From Botryllus schlosseri (taxonomy: Eukaryota), in NCBI GenBank assembly GCA_051294905.1, contig CM119371.1, positions 6,388,001 to 6,452,000 on the forward strand: 64,000 bases of DNA, given 5' to 3'. The translations under genes and the position numbers were made by a program. The stretch's first letter is position 1. Each line of letters begins with the position of its first letter. The notes under the pieces are model-generated. The model was not told the DNA's origin and ran no database searches. It saw only the letters and a program-made list of their open reading frames with translations. This document shows positions 1 through 12,200 of this stretch, piece after piece.

Positions 1-2189
1 GTAAATAACCAATGGAGTTTTAAAATCGTAGACTCTGAGAATGTAGAAGTTACATGAATATTCTGATCAATTTGTTGAACTTGGAAATGATTTTCTGCGC
101 TTTGGGAGGATGATCACCACACAATATCTATTCGACATAACCATCATTGTAATTAAAAAATATGTAGCTTGTTTTAGAGCGACGTTACGATATGCCAGTC
201 TACAAAACGCATTCTAATTTCATGAAATCTGGGTATTTCTGATATAATGGACATTTCTGATATAATGTTGGCTAATGAAACTAACGAGTGTGATCCACAG
301 ATTGGCGGGAAATATAGACATTTGAGGAGCTGTCGCAAAGATTGTAGTGATGAAAAATTATACTTAAAGATATATTCTAATGCAGATGTTTCCAACTGGC
401 GGGAAATACCCCAATTGTGGGAAATTTAGGGACTTCTGGTTGGGAATAGACACACTTGGAAAACAAATTCTTTACATTATTAACTTCGTTTGTTAAACGT
501 CTGTATGAAATGCCGATCGTATATATATCTCTGATATTTCTTCGCTCATTTGCAATTCAGAAATTCGTATTATCAGTGCTTCCAATTAGCGAGAATCGAT
601 TGGACAGCGGCACGCGATCTCCCTCATATAGGTTGCTGTTCATTCGTATGTGAAATGGTGTGATTGAAACCACCTAATTCGTTAAAATAAACGTTCATAT
701 GCATATAGGTATTCACGGGAGATCGTGGAATCGCTAATTGATAGCATAGCCGGACTCGTTACAGATGAAATGACACATTTCTTACTGCTCGAGCTATAGT
801 AGCGTGCGACAGTGTAGGTTATGGTGGCTTATATCTACCATACGCATAAGTTCGTCAACACCAGGAAGTTTATCTGACCCATGCAATATATTCGGCATTT
901 ACTCGATGTAAATTGATGCTGCCTTGGTACATTCGGAAAAATTTCAAACCCTTCCTATTTTTCTGTCGGCTTACCTCACAACATTTCATGTACGGTTACC
1001 AGTTCACTGCTCATTAATTTTATTCCGTGCTGTTCCATTCTGGGGGTCTTAACTTGCACCAGTAGCAAGTCTTCACAAAAGAAAGTATTACTAAATTTTA
1101 TTGGAGGAGCAATTTTAAAGTGTAGAAAGCAGTGGTTCCGAACTGGTGGGGAATTCCCCACTGATGGGGAATTTAATGGATTCTGGTGGGGAATATAGAC
1201 GCATTTGTTAAACATTATATACAGGATAGTTCACATCTTCACGGAGACACATGTGCGATTATGGTTACCAGTTAACTGCTCTGGAATGTATGTGTCGAAA
1301 AGTATATTGCGTGTTGCTCGCAAAAACTCATTACGGTATTTAACTCTATATAACCAATGATGGCGTTATAAACGCATCCAGCACGACCAGTATGACGTGA
1401 AATAACGCTTTCGCTAAATTTTGAGAGTTACCGGTATCGGTTCACAATGCGTATTATGTTGCAGTTAATATGCGATTGTCTTGCGTACTGGTGTGGTTTT
1501 CCAATATCAAGTCCCTGCTAAACTTCTGGCTAAACGTTATCGAGGGACATTTTTAGAGGGTATTCAGGAGTTTTGGGTAGTGGGAAATGAAGACTCGGAA
1601 TAAATCTGAAGTGAGGAATGAAGCCAAAAAGGTTGGGAACCTATCTTATAATTTGACAGTACCTTAGTTTTATGTAATTCTGTAGATGAGGTTACTGCTA
1701 GAAGTGCGTTACCACACCAGATATACATGTCATGAGATTCTGTTTTGATTTCCAAATAATCCCGTGTATATAGGCCTATATTATACGTTCCCATATCGCT
1801 GACGACATATGATATAAAGAAACTGGGGATATAATTGGTGCATCAGGGCTGTTTTAATGGATAATCTCTTCCAAAATAATTAGAATATAAACACCGAACA
1901 TTTCCATACATCAAAAATAGAATAACACTTGAGAGGTTGGTCAAGTTGCGAAAGTATGGAAAAAGTATCAAATATGGTACCGTATGCAAGAATGTTGCTA
2001 TGGTATGGAAAATTGTCAAGTATGGTATGGAACGATTGGGCGGGTATGGAGTATGGAAGATTCCCATACCATACCATGCCCTGTGTATAATACGCACCCT
2101 TAAAATAGCGTGTAAATTACTGGGAAAGAGCCTGTACCCATGTATAGTACGCACCCTGCATTCGCAGTACATGAATAGTTGCGGTTTAG

Positions 2190-2700
2190 TATTCGATGTT
2201 GTTCTGTTTTGCGATGTCACTGTCGAACAATCATGACATAATGATTGCTAATCATAATACAAATAACGGCATTGTCTCTAAACGAGAGTAGATCGTAGTC
2301 AAAGCCTGTGAGGTCGGCGACGCGATAGCTCAAGCTAGCAACACACGATATCTTGCGCACAAGGCCTATTACAATGACAGATGCGATTGCTCAGGCCAAC
2401 GGTTATGTCGGGCGCACCAGTCCTGTTGGAGATGCGACTGATTACGCAAGCGATTATATCTTGCGCAAATGGCCTCTTGTGTATGCGATTGTTAAGGCCT
2501 GTTGTTGACGGGATGAATCGGCAAGGATTGTCGTGGACGCTTTTAGCAATCAGCGACCTAATTCCGCTCGCGTACAAACGGCTAACTAACTCAGCAGGCG
2601 CTGTGCAGACGACTCTCCTTAATTGGCAACACGCTTTTCGTTAGTTGGCAACATGCTTCTCTATTTGGCAGCGAGTTACACTCTATAATACGAATTACGA
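2190..2700. repeat. Dispersed repeat fragment with internal degenerate ~50-bp tandem units; same family as 3716-4290 and 16560-17100
   Basis: All three loci share the blocks attcgatgt..gcgatgtcact..tcgctaatca..taacggcat and repeated ggcctattgcagatgcgattgt units. Boundaries are approximate. Confidence 0.7.
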
Positions 2701-3407
2701 GACACGATGGGTATAGGTGATGCGCGATCGGAAACAAACATGAAGAAAAGTGTGATTTCAAGTTTTTGATTGAGGAAGATTTTTTTCAAGGCTTGCTGTA
2801 CCCATGTATAATACGCACGCCCCTATTTTAGGGAAAAAATCGGTAAAATTCTGCGCATTATGCATGGAAAATTACGGTATTATTGGTATTGTAATTAATC
2901 ATAATCATGTTTCATAGAACTCCGTTGCGTACAGCTGCTTGTCGGCATCTTCACCATTTCGGACATGCCTATGAAAAGTGAAGCATTCTAGCATTAGACA
3001 TGCATTCATTTCGATAAGTGAGGCTTAAGTCGCGTAATGGTAATGCCACTCAGATTCGGGTAGTGGTCGTAAACGTGGAAGAACCACTGGTCTCCAAAAG
3101 ATTGTCGAACACATTCCTCTGTCGGCTAGTGCTATCGGAGCTGGTCGCGACCAAGGCCATGGTGCCTACTAGGGTTAGTTCGGATATCAAAAATTTTCAC
3201 TATCCGGATAACGGATATATCCGGATATTTGGAATTTATCTAACCGGTTGAGCGGACAATAACTGCTAGGTGAGACAATCGATTTCACGAGGTCAGCATG
3301 AAAAACGTATCGCGAAATCATTACACAGTGTTATTATAGAGTAGACCTATACGTAGGCTACACGCGCAGTACGAGCGAATACCAGAAAAACCATGCAAAT
3401 TTAATGT

Positions 3408-3563
3408 TCACTGCTTCTGCAACGCCGTCCTTATAAGGCACAACGAATCAATTGTGGCATCCTGTAGCTGGGACCGGAATCTTGTAACAACGAGTCCACA
3501 TGCATTGAATGCTCTTTCAGCTTCCACAGAAGTGGGCTGAATAGTAAGCAGCGCTTCGTAGAG
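3408..3563 (-). pseudogene. hAT transposase C-terminal dimerisation-domain fragment
   Basis: The minus strand translates LYEALLTIQPTSVEAERAFNACGLVVTRFRSQLQDATIDSLCLIRTALQKQ*, matching the hAT P-x-T-S-x-x-x-E-R-x-F-S motif. Confidence 0.85.
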
Positions 3564-3715
3564 AATCTAAACCTACAGGAAATTCCAACGACTTTACATT
3601 GCATTTGACCATTCTTCCGTTTAGGATTGGAGTACTAGAAGGACGAGTAACTGATACTGGAATTGATGCCGACATGATACCTCGCTCTGATTCCTCCGTG
3701 AGAAATTCACGTGAT

Positions 3716-4290
3716 CAGGAATGCAGCCAGAAAATTAAGGGGGTTGTTTGAAATAAAATGAGGGGTTTCGAATTTTTTTCGAATTAAGTGTCAGCGGGAA
3801 TCAATTACGCTTGCACGCACACACATGTTTACGAACATTCGATGTCATCCAGTTTCGCGATGTCACTATCACAATCGCTAATCAGAATACGCTTAACGGC
3901 ATATTGTCACCAAGCCATCGAGAGAGAAGCCAACGCATGCTAGGCCCGAGACGCGATGGTTAGGCCAGCGATTATATCTTTCGTAGGCCTATTGCAGATG
4001 CGATTGTGTAGGTCAGCGATAATATCATGAGCAACAAGCCAATGCAGATGTGATTGTACAGGCCAGCAATGGTATAGTGTGCACACTGCACAGGGCCTAT
4101 TGCATAGGCGATTCTTGTATCCAGCTGAACTATAGGCTGGTTAAAGACGCGATAGCCGAGTCTTCAAAAATCAATGACCTTGACCTAATTTAACGATCTT
4201 ATCAGCGGGAGATCGCGTCGCGTTACATTGTGCAATGTGCACGGACTCATCTCGCTAATTGGCAACACGCTTCTTGCTAATACGACTTAT
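3716..4290 (+). repeat. Truncated copy of the hAT element family seen at 16061-18051, nested in the 3170-4421 element
   Basis: Begins caggaatgcagccag-aaaattaagggg..tttgaaataaaa..ggggtttcga, matching the 5' end at 16061. The internal blocks match 16560-17090. Confidence 0.7.
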
Positions 4291-4936
4291 TGAAGCTTAC
4301 TAAAAAGTGTAAAACGCATTAACAACGATACTCTTTTATCTGGTTAACCTGCAGAATTATATCCGGATATCAGATATTAAAAATACCTGCGGTTAACCGT
4401 TATCCGGATCATCCAACCCTAGTGCCTACTCCGAACCAGATACCCGTCCCTAATCGCCTGGTGTCACACTTGTTCCAAAATTGTTTTGAATCTAATATTC
4501 AGTTCTTCCATTGACTTGTTGAAGACACAGTAAATTACCAGTATGGTGTCTTGGAGCTGAAATCTTTCGGACGATCAAGTTGAAACCTGAACGTCCCAAA
4601 TCTTCTACCCGCAGCCAATATCCGAAAGCGACTCTGAAATGTAATAGTGATCTGCAAAAGTATGTGCGAAACATCTGTAAGGAACTACTCGTCTGAATTG
4701 TCAGGTTGCCGATCATCACAATGCCTAATAATTCTACTAAACTGGTATTATTAGATCGTAAGTTTGTTATTCTTGGATATTGTTATTTATCACAGTGCTC
4801 CGTTTTTGCTAATTCTTTCCGTATTTCAGACTGGGTTGCCATATTATAAGCTATCGTTGAATACTTGTTTCCAAGCAGAGAGCGGTTGGTGTGTGATGCT
4901 TGAAGGAGTAAAGTAATATACAGATAATCCACAAGA

Positions 4937-6631
4937 ATGACAAAGAAGATGTGCTCGATCTGTGGAAAGAGCTTCCATCGTAAGGACGGATTGAAAGCTC
5001 ACTTGCAATCCCACCTCATAGAAAGAAATACCGAATGTGAGATCTGCGGAAAAACCTTTGCTGCAATCACTTTATTGAAAATACATTCAATATCACACAC
5101 TTTTTTGAAAAATCATGAATGCAAGGGCATTGGCAAAAAGTATAATCCGATCGTTCACTTGAAAATACATGCGGATACACATACTGCTCACGTTGGAGTC
5201 AAAAACCAGGACTGTGAGATCCGTGGAAAATCGTTTGTGCGGGTTGGCGACCTGAAATCGCATGGAAATATACACACTGGAAGCTATGCATGTCAGGTCT
5301 GCGGAAAAGCGTTTACCCGGCTTGGTAACTTGAAAGAACATGAAAATACACATACTGGAGTCAAAAACTATGCATGTCAGATTTGCGGAAAAGCGTTTGC
5401 TCTGATCGGACACTTGAAAACACATGAGAAAACACATACTGGAGGCAAAAACTATGCATGTCAGATATGCGGAAAAGCGTTTACCCAGCCTGGTACCTTG
5501 AAAAGACATGTACATACACATACTGGAGTCAAAAACTATGCATGTCAGATTAGCAGAAAAGCGTTTGCTCTGATCGGACACTTGAAAACACATGAGAAAA
5601 CACATACTGGAGGCAAAAACTATGCATGTCAGATCTGCGGAAAAGCGTTTACCCATCTTAGTGTCTTGAAAAGTCATGAAAATACACATACTGGATTCAG
5701 AAACTATGCATGTCAGATATGCGGAAAAGCGTTTACCCAGCCTGGTACCTTGAAAAGACATGGAAATACACATACCGGAGTCAAAAACTATGCATGTCAG
5801 GTCTGCGAAAAAGCGTTTACCCGTCTTGGTAACTTGAGACAACATGAAAATACACATACTGGAGTCAAAAACTATGCATGTCAGATTTGCGGAAAAGTTT
5901 TTGCCCGGCTTGGTAACTTGAAAGAACATGGAAATACACATACTGGAGTCAAAAACTATCCATGTCAGATTTGCGGAAAAGTTTTTGCCCGGCTTGGTAA
6001 CTTGAAAGAACATGGAAATACACATACTGGAGTCAGAAACTATGCATGTCAGATATGCGGAAAAGCGTTTACCCAGCTTCGTGACTCTGAAAGACATGGA
6101 AATACACATACTGGAGTCAAAAACTATGCATGCCAGGTCTGTGGAAAAGCGTTTACCCATCTTGGTAACTTAAAACAACATGAAATTACACATACTGGAG
6201 TCAAAAACTATGCATGTCAGATTTGCGGAAAAGCGTTTACCCTGCCTGGTAACTTGAAAAGACATGGAAATACACATACTGGAGTCAAAAACCATGCATG
6301 TCAGGTCTGTGGAAAAGCGTTTACCCATCTTGGTAACTTAAAACAACATGAAAATACACATACTGGAGTCAAAAACTATGCATGTCAGATTTGCGGAAAA
6401 GCGTTTGCTCTGATCGGACACTTGAAAACACATGAGAAAACACATACTGGAGGCCAAAACTATGCATGTCAAATTTGTGGAAAAGCGTTTATTAAGCTCA
6501 GTAACTTGAAAAGACACGGAAATACACATACTGGAGTCAAAAACTATCCATGTCAGATTTGCGGAAAAGTGTTTACGCAGCTTGGTGACTTGGAAAGACA
6601 TGGAAATACACATACTGGAGTCAAAAACTAG
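4937..6631 (+). CDS. C2H2 zinc-finger array protein, 564 aa, 20 finger units (17 with intact C2H2 ligands), no effector domain
   Basis: Repeats of CxxCGKxFxxxxxLxxHxxxH with HTGVKNY linkers. Candidate splice acceptor (tatttcag, ending 4829) upstream. The TAG at 6629 results from a 1-nt deletion; two more fingers follow out of frame to TAG 6792. Confidence 0.9.
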   Translation: MTKKMCSICGKSFHRKDGLKAHLQSHLIERNTECEICGKTFAAITLLKIHSISHTFLKNHECKGIGKKYNPIVHLKIHADTHTAHVGVKNQDCEIRGKSFVRVGDLKSHGNIHTGSYACQVCGKAFTRLGNLKEHENTHTGVKNYACQICGKAFALIGHLKTHEKTHTGGKNYACQICGKAFTQPGTLKRHVHTHTGVKNYACQISRKAFALIGHLKTHEKTHTGGKNYACQICGKAFTHLSVLKSHENTHTGFRNYACQICGKAFTQPGTLKRHGNTHTGVKNYACQVCEKAFTRLGNLRQHENTHTGVKNYACQICGKVFARLGNLKEHGNTHTGVKNYPCQICGKVFARLGNLKEHGNTHTGVRNYACQICGKAFTQLRDSERHGNTHTGVKNYACQVCGKAFTHLGNLKQHEITHTGVKNYACQICGKAFTLPGNLKRHGNTHTGVKNHACQVCGKAFTHLGNLKQHENTHTGVKNYACQICGKAFALIGHLKTHEKTHTGGQNYACQICGKAFIKLSNLKRHGNTHTGVKNYPCQICGKVFTQLGDLERHGNTHTGVKN

Positions 6632-7628
6632 AGTGTCAGATCTGTGGTAAAGCGTTTAGTCAGCTTAGTAACTTGGAAACCCATGTGAATGCACATACAG
6701 GAGTCAAAAATTATGCATGTCAGACGTGCGGAAAAGCGTTTACCCGGCTTGGTGGCTTGAAAAGACATGAAAGTACACATGCAGTAGAATAGCGGAACGC
6801 ATATCTTTTTCTTCTCGCGATGATGATCTTGAACATGATGCAGTAATATTGACAGAAATACCTTATACTAAAATATGCTGTTACTTAGAGTAGACGTCCA
6901 TTCACTCTGTTATCATATCAATACGATTGAATATAGCGATCGAATCTGTACGAGTACTCAACAGCAACACATATATCTTTGAATCACCTTTCCGGCTAAA
7001 TGATCTCTGTGCCGGGTGTGTAGAAATGGTGGTGGTGGTGATCTTCGTGTTACATGTCCATGAATTGCTGTCACAATAAAATTTTTGTACGTTGTTTTTC
7101 TCGTCTATTTTTTTTCAGTTTTAAAATGTTTCTCCCAGTTTCATATTTCAATTACAGAATATGAATAGTTCTGAAAATTTGTTTCTCACTGCCTGAATCA
7201 GTTTCAATGAACACTTCTTTGTGGTACTTTGCGCTGGGTCTGTTGTTCAGAGAAGTTTGATGGGAATATTCAAATCTTTGTATCACAGTGTGATGAGCTA
7301 ATACTTAAGTTTATGTCACCTGCATATTAAAGGTCAACTGCATCTTCAAAATGACTTCACCTTATTTCGTACATTATATGTGGTTAGGAATATGAATAAA
7401 ATAATGAAAATTGAAATTACCTGATAGTTTTCAAGTAATTTGAATTACAAATCGAAATTCCGGAAAACGGAAACGAAATCACCCAGCCGTGAAATGACGT
7501 CAAGTAGTTGACACAACAAAAGTCCTTGTTATTTCTGTTGGCTGTTAGGTGGGATTATTGCTTAGATTTGCTGTGGATTTGGGTCTTTGAGTGGGATCAT
7601 GAAAGCTGTGAAGGAGATAATTCATAGA

Positions 7629-7830
7629 GTCAGATGTTATGTCGCGTATGGTTGGTCCAATACGCAATATGCCGTACCTACATTGCATTGACATCGCTGC
7701 CAAAACCCATCCATATACCGACAGACGACCGGACGCCATTAAGACCAAAAGTGCGGACTTATAGACAACCAAAGGCAGAGTCATTTTCAAATGCGAATCA
7801 CTAACAAGTATCTTGCTTCAATGAAGTATC
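7629..7830 (+). pseudogene. Degenerate THAP-domain relic (N terminus of the Kolobok transposase)
   Basis: Reads VRCYVAYGWSN (cf. THAP CVAYGCSN) and, after frameshifts, DAIKTK..TTKGRVI. It has stops and frameshifts. Confidence 0.45.
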
Positions 7831-8830
7831 CGAGATACGCAACACGCAAGAAAACTGACTACTGAACACGGGCAACTCTTGCCGACGTACTGCAGTAGTG
7901 CCGTTCATATTTTATTTCCACGCACCAGTGAAATTGTGGTAATGTCAGAGGAACGCACTTCTAAAGCTATACAAAGTGTCCGAAATCGGTAAGTGAAAAT
8001 GTACTGTGTCAGCTATAGTTTTGTAAGAGTGTAACTAACCGCTTATAATAGTATTGACTGTGGTATGGTAGTCATCGAAGTATTATTATTCTTTACACTC
8101 ACGTGCATGTGCAAATAACTGAAATATGTATGCCTTGAAAAACTTGTAAGTAGAAGTGTACATAGTCTGAAATAAAAACACTTGAAAATCAATTAAGAAA
8201 AAAAGATCTATAAATGCATTAGTTACTATAAAGGGAGTTCATAACCTGCTGACTTCATGACGTATAATGGTTATATATCGCTGACCTCCTATTAATGGAA
8301 GAGTTGCTATTACTTTTGACAATACACTTCTTTTTGTGTACGGTACATGTGCGGTCATGTAATCATATTAGTTACTTTAGTTATTGAATGAGGAGTGTCA
8401 GATATCTGTGACTGAGCCTATCAATATTGACCGCTCAGTAAAAGATAAAAACTTATCACTATCATCATAATAGTCGTAAAGTTAGGTAGGATGCAGTTGG
8501 CAATCCTTCATTTTTATGATACTTCCGAACAGCATTTGATATAGGTCTACTGCCTTCGGTGCGACTTTGTTATAAAACTCAGTGATATTTTTACTCCTGC
8601 TCTAGATTCCTGCAATGATGAAGTTGACGCATTCATTAAAGCAAGACCAGAAACGGCCGAGTCGACCAAGTCTATTGTGATGATTCATCCTCATTCGACA
8701 AACGGCATCGTCAAAATTAGTGTAAAGAAGCTATTGCTGGACACAAAACTCTATATTTCTCTCCCTGACACAGTAGTACTGTTGATGGATTGGTTATGTT
8801 GCATTTATTATTTTCAATACAACTATTCCT

Positions 8831-9245
8831 TCACGAAGCATTGTAAAATTGAAATCCTTTGAAAGTACTGGATTTGATCGGATGCGCAGACAGGATTTTT
8901 TGTTGGCTTTTGTTGCAGAATCCCAGTGGCCAGCCAACAAAATTTCCGTGTACAGTTTTTCTCAGCTTCCTGAAAAGCGTAATTGTTGTATTACTGACGG
9001 GTAATTATTTGGCACCCGACTCAAAATTTTATGTGAATGAGACTCATTCGCTCATGCATCAAACTGGATGTTATAATTATATGACAATATTCCTGTTGAT
9101 ATCTATAGCGAGACAATCTCCAATACATACTCTTGATCGAAATCCTGATAATGCTGTGATGCACTAATAATTCATTCGTTGCTCGAGGGACCTGTTTGCA
9201 GCACTTCAACTCTCCCCTGATAGTTTGCATAAGTTGGCAACCTCC
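8831..9245 (-). pseudogene. KolX / P2X7-ballast-like accessory gene relic of the Kolobok element
   Basis: Minus-strand blocks, in order: GGCQLMQTIRGELKCCKQ, CITALSGFRSRVCI, and after a ttttcag acceptor KLRKTVHGNFVGWPLGF..KILSAHP..FKGF. These match the ballast/KolX pattern GxCxxMxTxxExxCC..CITxHxxFxxVC..RxxAYRxFVxWxxGxL..IRxxFP..YxGF. Confidence 0.65.
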
Positions 9246-12200
9246 ATCCTCTCAACTGTAATTGATAATACCAAGATTAATAACTGAAGGAGGTTCTCCA
9301 CCACATTACACATACCGGTGTATTTCATTTGGTCTATACAAGCGGCTTAAGCTGAACAAGCTAGGCTGATCATACTATATATCACTAACATCCTTAGGTT
9401 ATAGTCATCAATAATCATACTCAAACGACCCCTCGTTTTCGGAGCAGCAAGAAGTTCCACTGATATGGGATCGAGCACATCAACACTTGAAACGTATCCT
9501 CGTTTCAACATTACTTTCGTAAGTGAGAGGAAAAAGCATACTTACATTCGACATCTGAATACTCGGACTCGCCTGGTGAATCCATTACAAGCGAAACCTC
9601 CGCCATAACTAACTAAAATAAGCGCCCTGCTACTGCAAGACCGCCAACCCTATAGCATACATCTGCAGCGGCCAGAAGAGATGTCAACTACATGACGTCA
9701 CAATGAACATTCCGCTTTTTCTGTAAACATACCAATATTGGGACTTTCGGTCCAAATTACGGCAATTTCCGATTAGTTTGAAATACGGAAAGTCGGCCAT
9801 TTCGGTATGAAAAAAAATTCTGAACATGATTCCGCAAAGTTGTCTATGAAGATGCAGTTGACCTTTAAGCTTAGTGTACATTATCCTTTGTCAGTTTGTC
9901 ACATTATCCGGTAATTAGCAGTCTGCGCATATCGTTTTCAAATTGTAATGTTGTGACCATTCTGTAAATATGTGTTTCTTCCTGCCATCCGTTTTATGCA
10001 ATTTGTTGACATTTTCACTTCCTCATGAGATTTCAATCCGTTCATATTAATGGTTAATCATCGAGCTACAATAAGTAGCTCGGTATAGTCTGATATGATG
10101 TTCAACCAGCTTTTTGCTATTAGTATATCCTAATTACAGCAATATGCAGCATCTTACAATTTACAAAGTCGACGTGAATGGATCCCGTATGATTTGTGAT
10201 ACAGGTGACAAGCTGAGCACATCATTGATCGCTATCCTTTTTGATAATGTGATTATAAACAGTCAGGCGCAGCACATATTATTTTGTATTCTGTTTCGCA
10301 TTAAAATATATTGAATATCTGATAAATTCTGTCTGTATTTCTGTTATACACTCGCTGTATCTTGTCAGCAATTTCGTTCCTTCATAAGATTTTGTTTCAT
10401 TCAGATTATTTGTAATTCATAGTGCTACAACACCGCACCACAGTGCTCTTTACCTTGTTTTGTTTGATGAAACCTTGAAGCTGCGACGACGAACTCATGA
10501 ACCCTGTTTACTAAAGAGGCAAATTGAGGTAAATCGTGATATCAATAATCATTAGGCATATCAATTGAACTACCCGGAGCTACTGACATTACCGACACTG
10601 TTAGCGAGAGCTCGATTATAGCTGCAGGCTGTTCGGAAAATCACTTTTGGTCGGTGGTTTCACCTCTCTCCCACCACGCCAGATATTTATTGTTTGATTC
10701 GTAACGGTTGCTTCTCCAATAACTCAGAAACTGTAGAGCAAAACCAGTCTCACTTCCTAGCCAACATGATTGGGTAAGAAATGATATTCTGCGTGGAACT
10801 TGTGATGAATAATTGTACTGACAACATAGCACTAATCTTATGTGGCAATCGACACTATGGAGGCACATAATGGCTTAAAATCGTCATTCATTTTTACTTT
10901 GATTTTATCAAAATTGCGGGCCACATAGAATGCCCTTTGGGAAGAAGTGTGTAAGGCACCATGAAACATTTCTCCATAGTAGTATTGTAATGCTTTTTGG
11001 CTGTCTGTAAATTGCATCACATTCATCAGTGGCTCTCGACTGCCAGTCTGCGTTAAATTTCCAGTTGGCTGAATAAATATATATTTGATGTCTTCGTAAT
11101 CAGAAAATGTAAGAGGTGGGAGTATTGTTTATTAACTACAGAACTAGAACACCGCCTTCTTTTTTTTTAAATCGTCATCACAGTGCTGCAATTGATGCAC
11201 CGATCTGTTAGAAATCACCCAGAACACGTTTATTAGGAAAAAAACATCACTCTACTATATTCAGGAATGCTTGGAACGTGATGTTTGATTACGGCTTAGT
11301 GTCGGAATTAGCTCAGTACATACTATTACTTGAAAAAATGGCCGAAATATTGATTGCATTACTTTTGCTGGTCGAAATCGACCGAAATTTGGTTTCTAAC
11401 GTTGTTAGGCAACCTGATAATTTCATCACTATGCGGGTGAAGTTTTAAGATATGTTATTTGCGGAAAAGCCTCACTGTAACAGTAGTCACGAGGGGATTA
11501 TTCATCCAGCAATGCCTCATTGTTATGGAAGCTAATAAAATCCAGTATATCAGATTTTGAGTCCGTCGGTATCATACATACAGCTCGTTATTTTTAGAAA
11601 CAACGTGTTCCCGAACTTCATCCTTTGCATATGAAAATAGCCGCCAGCTAATCCTTGTCACCAGCTGGTGCGACCTGCGGTACCAACCACTCATTTGACA
11701 ATTTTGATGCGTGCTTCTACTCAGCCTATATCGTTTTTTCACAAATTAGCTCAACATATACGATGTGATTCGACCGCAACTAGTCATAGAATACCGTACT
11801 AGACTGACAACATGCGCCGACTTTTAGTTCAAATTTACCTCAAATATCGTGCAACCCTAATCTACCATGACTCAAATATCAATTGTAGGCTAGTAATAAA
11901 GATCATCAAAAATAACATCATACCAATGATGTACAAATTGGGAGGACTTTCTGTAGCGAATCTTGTAGCTGCATTTCTTGGAACACGCTGTCGCGCTTGA
12001 AAATCCACACCTTTGATTTGACATGACCGAGTGCCAAAAATCAATTTCTACAATAATAGCTGGTGACTGATGTAATAACTGTAGCGCTTCACAAGACAAG
12101 TTTTTGTTATGATATATATTGCATCAATATTGAGAAACAGAACATACAAGGTCCAGCCTATTCATTTTTATCTAGCAGCTCATCTTGAAGTTAATATGGA

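Larger units (their letters stand above)
3170..4421 (-). mobile_element. Internally deleted hAT (Ac-like) DNA transposon
   Basis: Ends TAGGGTT(3170)...AACCCTA(4421), subterminal (T/C)CGGATA repeats, perfect 8-bp TSD GTGCCTAC at 3162-3169 and 4422-4429. Contains a transposase C-terminal fragment. Confidence 0.9.
7331..9864 (+). mobile_element. Kolobok-superfamily DNA transposon, decayed and non-autonomous
   Basis: Perfect 18-bp TIR AGGTCAACTGCATCTTCA (7331-7348 / 9847-9864). TTAA TSD at 7327-7330 and 9865-9868. RR...YY termini. The paralogous empty site has a single TTAA at 20200-20203. Confidence 0.85.
4590..10295 (+). repeat. Segmental duplication copy A (ZF gene plus flanks); paralogous to 18246-24345
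   Basis: Colinear similarity runs through the upstream intron end, the ZF exon and the 3' flank (e.g. 7230-7320 vs 20103-20193; 9870-10295 vs 20205-20406 plus 24134-24345). Confidence 0.9.

Noticed and set aside
1844..2878. GTATGG-rich MITE-like end (1960-2083) and TATAATACGCACC motifs ending in TTACGGTA
   Set aside because: Probably fragments of old MITEs, but I could not pair ends or find TSDs. The overlapping ORFs are repeat-derived.
5093..6613. Long minus-strand ORFs (355 aa and 91 aa; also 18646-19500)
   Set aside because: They are antisense shadows of the 84-bp zinc-finger repeat, with no independent protein features.
5280..6780. Regular conserved/variable periodicity resembling a CRISPR array
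   Set aside because: The period is 84 bp (28 codons) of C2H2 finger coding sequence. The variable parts are recognition helices, the context is eukaryotic and there are no cas genes.
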